DNA of 64,000 nucleotides, from assembly GCF_009914755.1 (NCBI RefSeq), contig NC_060930.1. One strand, given 5' to 3'. Positions 50,711 to 64,000 of the stretch are shown here, piece after piece. The DNA comes from the human T2T-CHM13v2.0 reference genome, Homo sapiens. The translations under genes were made by a program, and so were the position numbers. The first letter of the stretch is position 1. Every line of letters begins with the position of its first letter. Below the pieces are notes generated by a model that saw only the letters and a program-made list of their open reading frames with translations, was not told the origin of the DNA and ran no database searches.

Positions 50711-52475
50711 TTTTTTTTTGTTGTTGTATTTTTTTTATTATTTTTTTTTTATTGATCATTCTTGGGTGTTTCTCGCAGAGGGGGATTTGGCAGGGTCATA
50801 GGACAATAGTGGAGGGAAGGTCAGCAGATAAACAAGTGAACAAAGGTCTCTGGTTTTCCTAGGCAGAGTGTTTGTGTCCCTGGGTACTTGAGATTAGGGA
50901 GTGGTGATGACTCTTAACGAGCATGCTGCCTTCAAGCATCTGTTTAACAAAGCACATCTTGCACCGCCCTTAATCCATTTAACCCTGAGTGGACACAGCA
51001 CATGTTTCAGAGAGCACAGGGTTGGGGGTAAGGTCATAGATCAACAGGATCCCAAGGCAGAAGAATTTTTCTTAGTACAGAACAAAATGAAAAGTCTCCC
51101 ATGTCTACTTCTTTCTACACAGACACAGCAACCATCCGATTTCTCAATCTTTTCCCCACCTTTCCCCCTTTTCTATTCCACAAAACCGCCATTGTCATCA
51201 TGGCCCGTTCTCAATGAGCTGTTGGGTACACCTCCCAGACGGGGTGGTGGCCGGGCAGAGGGGCTCCTCACTTCCCAGAAGGGGCGGCCGGGCAGAGGCG
51301 CCCCTCACCTCCCGGACGGGGCGGCTGGCCGGGCAGGGGGCTGACCCCCCCACCTCCCTCCCGGACGGGGCGGCTCGCCTGGCGGGGGGCTGACCCCCCC
51401 ACCTCCCTCCCGGATGGGGCGGCTGGCCAGGCAGAGAGGCTCCTCACTTCCCAGTAGGGGCGGCCGGGCAGAGGCGCCCCTCACCTCCCAGACGGGGCGG
51501 CTGGCCGGGTGGGGGGCTGACCCCCCACCTCCCTCCCGGACGGGGCGGCTGGCCTGGCGGGGGCTGACCCCCACCTCCCTCCCGGACAGGGTGGCTGCCG
51601 GGCGGAGACGCTCCTCACTTCCCAGACGGGGTGGCAGCAGGGCGGAGGGGCTCCTCACTTCTCAGACGGGGCGGTTGCCAGGCGGAGGGTCTCCTCACTT
51701 CTCAGACAGGGCGGCCGGGCAGAGACGCTCCTCACCTCCCGGACAGGGTTGCGGCCCGGCCGAGGCTCTCCTCACATCCCAGACGGGGCAGCGGGGCAGA
51801 GGCGCTCCCCACATCTCAGACGATGGGCGGCCGGGCAGAGACGCTCCTCACTTCCTAGATGGGATGGCGGCCGGGAAGAGGTGCTCCTCACTTCCTAGGT
51901 GTGATGGCGGCCGGGCAGAGACGCTCCTCACTTTCCAGACTGGGCAGCCAGGCAGAGGGGCTCCTCACATCCCAGACCATGGGCGGCCAGGCAGAGACGC
52001 TCCTCACTTCCCAGATGGGGTAGCGGCTGGGCAGAGGCTGCAATCTCGGCACTTTGGGGGGCCAAGGCAGGCGGCTGGGAAGTGGAGGTTGTAGCGAGCC
52101 GAGATCACGCCACTGCACTCCCGCCTGGGCACCATTGAGCACTGAGTTAACGAGACTCCGTCTGCAATCCCGGCACCTCGGGAGGCCGAGGCTGGCGGAT
52201 CACTCGCGGTTAGGAGCTGGAGACCAGCCCGGCCATCACAGCGAAACCCCGTCTCCACCAAAAAAATACGAAAACCAGTCAGGCGTGGCGGCGTGCGCCT
52301 GCAATCGCAGGCACTCGGCAGGCTGAGGCAGGAGAATCAGGCAGGGAGGTTGCAGTGAGCCGAGATGGCAGCAGCACAGTCCAGCTTCGGCTGGGCATGA
52401 GAGGGAGACCGTGGAAAGAGAGGGAGAGGGAGACCGTGGAAAGAGGGGAGAGGGAGAGGGGGAGGGGGAGGGAGC
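50711..52475 (-). mobile_element. Full-length SVA (SVA_C/D-like) with a 20-bp SINE-R deletion
   Basis: Poly(T), SINE-R, VNTR (about 51230-52040), Alu-like region and a short hexamer tract. TSD CGAACTGT at 50703-50710 and 52476-52483. It lacks GACCCTGCGGCCTACCACAG relative to the first SVA. The subfamily call is tentative. Confidence 0.96.
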
Positions 52476-52811
52476 CGAACTGTGTTTTGCGCCCTACCAG
52501 GTTTCTTTGAATCCTGAAATATCACTTGGGCTTGTCTAGGTACAGCTCAATGGCTGCAAATTTGTGTATTCACATAAACACACAAGTGAAATAGGATTAA
52601 TCTGCTGAGTGAAGCTAAAGAAAAGGAGAGCTGGGGTTTGGAAACAGTGACAGTCTAAGAACTAGGTCCGTCTGCCTTTTTTCTAATAGACTGTCCTAGG
52701 GAGATTAAATTGATTGTAAAACAAAAACGCTAACAGATGATACTCAAGTTTTCCTCTTGACACTCCACAGTGGACTTGGGTATTTTAATCAGATGTGAGG
52801 AAATAAAAAAA

Positions 52812-53165
<354 letters not shown>

Positions 53166-53374
53166 CTACCGCCCAGTATTCAATCAGTGCTGTGGTTACT
53201 CCTGCCAGATTTTGCACCCCGGGCTCTGGCCATGCTCTGATTAAGTTACCTGGCCAGAAGGTGCTCTGATTCTGGAAAAAATGAGAAATATCCATTTCTA
53301 CTAGGAGAAATGAATCAATGGTTAAATGGAGAAGACTTACTGATAGTATAAGAAAAGGATTTTGGATCTGATGA

Positions 53375-56530
<3,156 letters not shown>

Positions 56531-57652
56531 CTGAGAGGGAAGGGAAGGGAAGAAAATTCCAAATGACATATTTTTGGGAGTGAGAAAGGGGGCACTGAAC
56601 CTTGATCCAAACGAGGGTGGGAAATGTGGAATGCTGAGCAGGGAGAAGCAGGGAGATGAGGTGGAAGTTAGTACATAATAGAGGGTTTGAGGCTTGAATA
56701 AATATCGGCTATTGGAGTGGGTCCCTGTTCTTGGGCCTGTTTGCGTGTTTGAGGACCCGACTCATATTTTTCTGGGCTGAGAATGCTGCCACCAGCCTGG
56801 AGCCTCATCAAACCACTTTTTATTAAAAAACCACCCGTTGGCTCCTGTTGTTTTTTATGCTGATTAAGAACACTGACTTGGCTAAATGAACAAGGGGGCT
56901 GATTGTTGCTCTGTCTCTTGAAGCAGGAGAGGCTTTTGATCGAGTTGAGTGGGAGTTTATGTTTGAGGTACTTTAAAAAATGAAATTTGGAGATAAGCTT
57001 ATGAACTGAATTTGAACTTCATTTCAAGCTCATTGAACAGAAATGTTTTAGATCCCTTTAATCTGAAAAAGGCCCATTGCAATTGTCCTTTGAATCTCTT
57101 ATTTTTCTTTAAGATAAAGCTTCTTCTCAAATTACTTACTATTTATCTACGTACTGAGAAGGGAAAAATAAACTTAAGTTTAAAGATGTTTGGATATTTT
57201 TCTTTCTCTGAGGATAGGAAACATGGCTCGGGTGCCTTCTCTCTCCACCCTGGCACCCAGAGCAAGGATGTTGCTCATTAGTGACTAAGTAGGACCAGCG
57301 TCTCAGGTGGCAATCTGGGAGCAAGCTCAGCTTCACAATGGGGGACTGTGGGTTGGTTGCACAGAAAGCAGAAGCTTGTGGGTTCTAATCTCACTTCCTC
57401 CATTGGCTTCTGGGTGGCTTTAGGTGAGTCATTTAATTTCCACATGTTTGGTTTGCCCCATCTGCCACATGGAGCTAATGATACTCCTCATCTACTTATT
57501 TCACAGGGATGTTGTAAGAGCTGATTAATGTACAGGGTGGCCAAACATTGCACATGTATGATGAGCTAAGAAAAGTAAGATAATGAGCCCAGAAACCTTT
57601 TCAAATTAGGGGTGATCTTTTCCTTTAGGAATGAGCTGTGCTTATGATGCTG

Positions 57653-58245
<593 letters not shown>

Positions 58246-58526
58246 ATGGTATTTTTTTTTTTTGACCATTTCTCTGTCTTATTAATTTAACTCATGCTAT
58301 TATTAATTATATACATAATATGTTTGGCTCAACATGGATGACATCATTCATTTCAATATATTTTTGTTTGCTTCCTATGTGCCTGGCACTCTCTGTATTA
58401 GAATTAAAAACCTAAGTGAAAGCCAAATTATAGGAAGGTCAGGAAATGGGAAATATTTATGAGCAAATTCATGCTTATATTTCTTTTGTTAACTCTGAAG
58501 ATGTATTTGTTTGAACATACACTTCT

Positions 58527-59262
<736 letters not shown>

Positions 59263-59439
59263 TTAGTTTTTGAAAGGAAGGGCTCCCCAGTAGCCAACTT
59301 CTAGAATGACAGTCCTCCTAAAGACATCATCTTCCACCTAATGAATTTCCATATAGCTGTTCCTTGCTAAAAAGGACATTAACCTAAATTAGGCTTGCCA
59401 TTTTACTGTGTCAAGCACATAGTAACAATGAACATAATC

Positions 59440-59753
<314 letters not shown>

Positions 59754-60473
59754 TTAACATAATCAGTATATCCTCAATATGGGGAAGTTAAGTCAGATTG
59801 CACATGAACTGAAAACTAAACTGAAAATGATTATTTCATACTCCTGAAAAACCCTCATTTACGTGCATGTGGAAATAACTGCTTTTCACAGCATCCTCCT
59901 ACCCCATGCAGATGGTCACTGTGTTCAATGGCACTGTCTTTGAACATGCTGTAGCAGGAAAGCTTCATGCTTTTATATCAACCAGGGCTGACATCTAAGT
60001 TCAAAATGCCAAGGGAAAAGTAAAAAACACAAAATAACACAACACAGAGAGGGAAATAAGGTTTTGGCATCTTTGTTTCCAGTTGTTGGTTTTGGCTCTT
60101 AGTAGGGCTTCTGGTTGGCAGCTGTAGGGAAACTTTTGGACTATTTTCCACAGACTGAACAGGCCACATGAAATTTCTATTATTACTTCAATCTTGGCTG
60201 ACTCTAGTAAAACTGACTGCCTTATATCCCTTGTCCTGGAAGCATGTCATTTCTAAGGGTAGCTGTAGTTCATGAGAACACCCCAGAGCCTGTTTTAGGA
60301 CTATTACCTTTTAGAGATGAAACCACCTCTATAAGGTCTTCACATTTTCCTGTAGCTGCTGTTTCAGGGCAGTCCAGACCAGCCTGATCTTCCTATTCGA
60401 AAACTGTCATAACTATCAGAGACACCAATAAGCCCTTAAGTCAGAAACTAGATACAGTTTTATAGAATTGTAA

Positions 60474-61110
<637 letters not shown>

Positions 61111-61532
61111 CAGACCTCAACATTTCTAACATGTATTAGAGAGCCAGGGAGAATGTCAGTTCTGCAGGCAACTCCCATGTGGAGAGCTTGATTTTGCTTC
61201 CCAAATCCTATTTTCTTCTCCAGTTAAGGAGGAAGGATAAGGCAGGATAAATGATCACTTTGGGATTTAAACAGAACCCATGAAGCTTCAAGTGTTTAAA
61301 AGTGATTTTTAAAAAAATGTTATATGTGTCTTTACATGTTATAACCTTAGGCACTGAAAAAGCTTGAGAGGCCTGCGGTCTCATCCATTGATGTTCATGT
61401 TCCCTGACCTCCTAAGCAAGAGGAAGGACTTGTCTGTTTCTCTAGACTTTAGACCATGTGAAGTTCACTCTATGGTGTGCCAGAAGGTCGAAGTTGATTG
61501 ATTTCTGTTTTGCTTAGGAATCCTGAGCTTCA

Positions 61533-62400
<868 letters not shown>

Positions 62401-62872
62401 ACTAGTATTATTTTACTTATCTAGAGTTCGTATTGATATTATTATCATAACCTAATCAAGGATACTGAGATTCAAAGAAGTAGAAAACTAAGGACAAATA
62501 GAAGTTTGTCTTGAATTTACTTAAAAAAAAATTAAGCCCAAGCCGCTTTATACAGAAGCCAAGATTTCAAGAACGTTTGCAAATGTAGAATCACTGGAAA
62601 TACTTTCCAACTATCTCCACATGACGTAAGCAAACATTCAAGGAACAAGTGGAGTGCAGCAAGGCCAGGGAGCAGAGTGGGAGGTCCCTGCCTCTGTCAG
62701 CAGGTCCAGGGCTAAGCCAAGGCATCTGCAAAATCTCCAGCAACATCCTCATAATAATTATTTTAGGTGGCATCTGGATTTTACAAACATTAATTAGTTA
62801 CTTGGATAAGGTGTGGGCTATACCACTCCCAGGGCTGGGTTAATTGAGGTACAGATACATGCCTAGAGATGA

Positions 62873-63543
<671 letters not shown>

Positions 63544-63968
63544 TGATGTTCATTTCTTTGCTATAGCCATAGCACCACATCCCTGCAAATGATGAATACG
63601 TTCTTTCTTTTTGTCCTTTGTTGCACATTTAAAAAATGCCTACAATGTGGCATATCTGTGCTAGCAGCCAAACATTGTGGAATATTATTCCCACTTCCTA
63701 GATATTTGTTAAAAAATGAAACTTTAAGATACTAAGTTATTTTGCTCAAGGCCCCAAAGCTATTAGGTGACAGGAATGGGATTTAGATCTGGATCTGTCC
63801 TTTACCCAATTTTCTCTAGAGAATCTCATGTTTTGAATACAAGCAAGGTATTCAAAACATGAGTAGGTGAGTAGGTAGGAGAGATGGGTGAGTAGGTAGG
63901 AGAGATGGAAAGGATTTAGAAGATCTTGGAGATAAACTTGACTGAGGAATTAAAATTGGTTACCGGAG

Positions 63969-64000
63969 GGCCGGGCACAGTGGCTCATGCCTATAATCCT
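63969..64000 (+). mobile_element. Alu 5' end (runs off the window)
   Basis: GGCCGGGCACAGTGGCTCATGCCTATAATCCT. Confidence 0.88.

Overview
This is primate DNA, almost certainly human, because it carries an AluYa5 and two SVA elements. It covers the 5' end of AKIRIN2 (human chr6q15) and about 61 kb of upstream, apparently intergenic sequence. The only protein-coding sequence I can support is AKIRIN2 coding exon 1 (minus strand, 2016->1782). It lies in a CpG island whose promoter has YY1, NRF1, GC-box and two ZNF143/THAP11-type motifs. The rest is transposon-dense: roughly 60 Alu copies or fragments including a young AluYa5, a 5'-truncated L1PA, two full-length SVAs in the same orientation, a U13/SNORD13 retrocopy, MADE1, MER53, MER5A and Charlie DNA-transposon relics, MaLR and ERVL LTRs, MIR, L2 and old L1M. 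Nearly all ORFs in the supplied track are Alu, SVA, L1 or low-complexity artefacts. I found no convincing new gene system. The real oddities are structural: locally templated insertions and template-switch scars, a collapsed Alu, an Alu inverted inside another Alu, repeated reuse of single insertion sites, a candidate SVA micro 3' transduction, and a 60-bp non-transposon direct repeat shaped like a splice acceptor. Boundaries and subfamily calls for old repeats were made by eye from recalled consensus sequences and are approximate.
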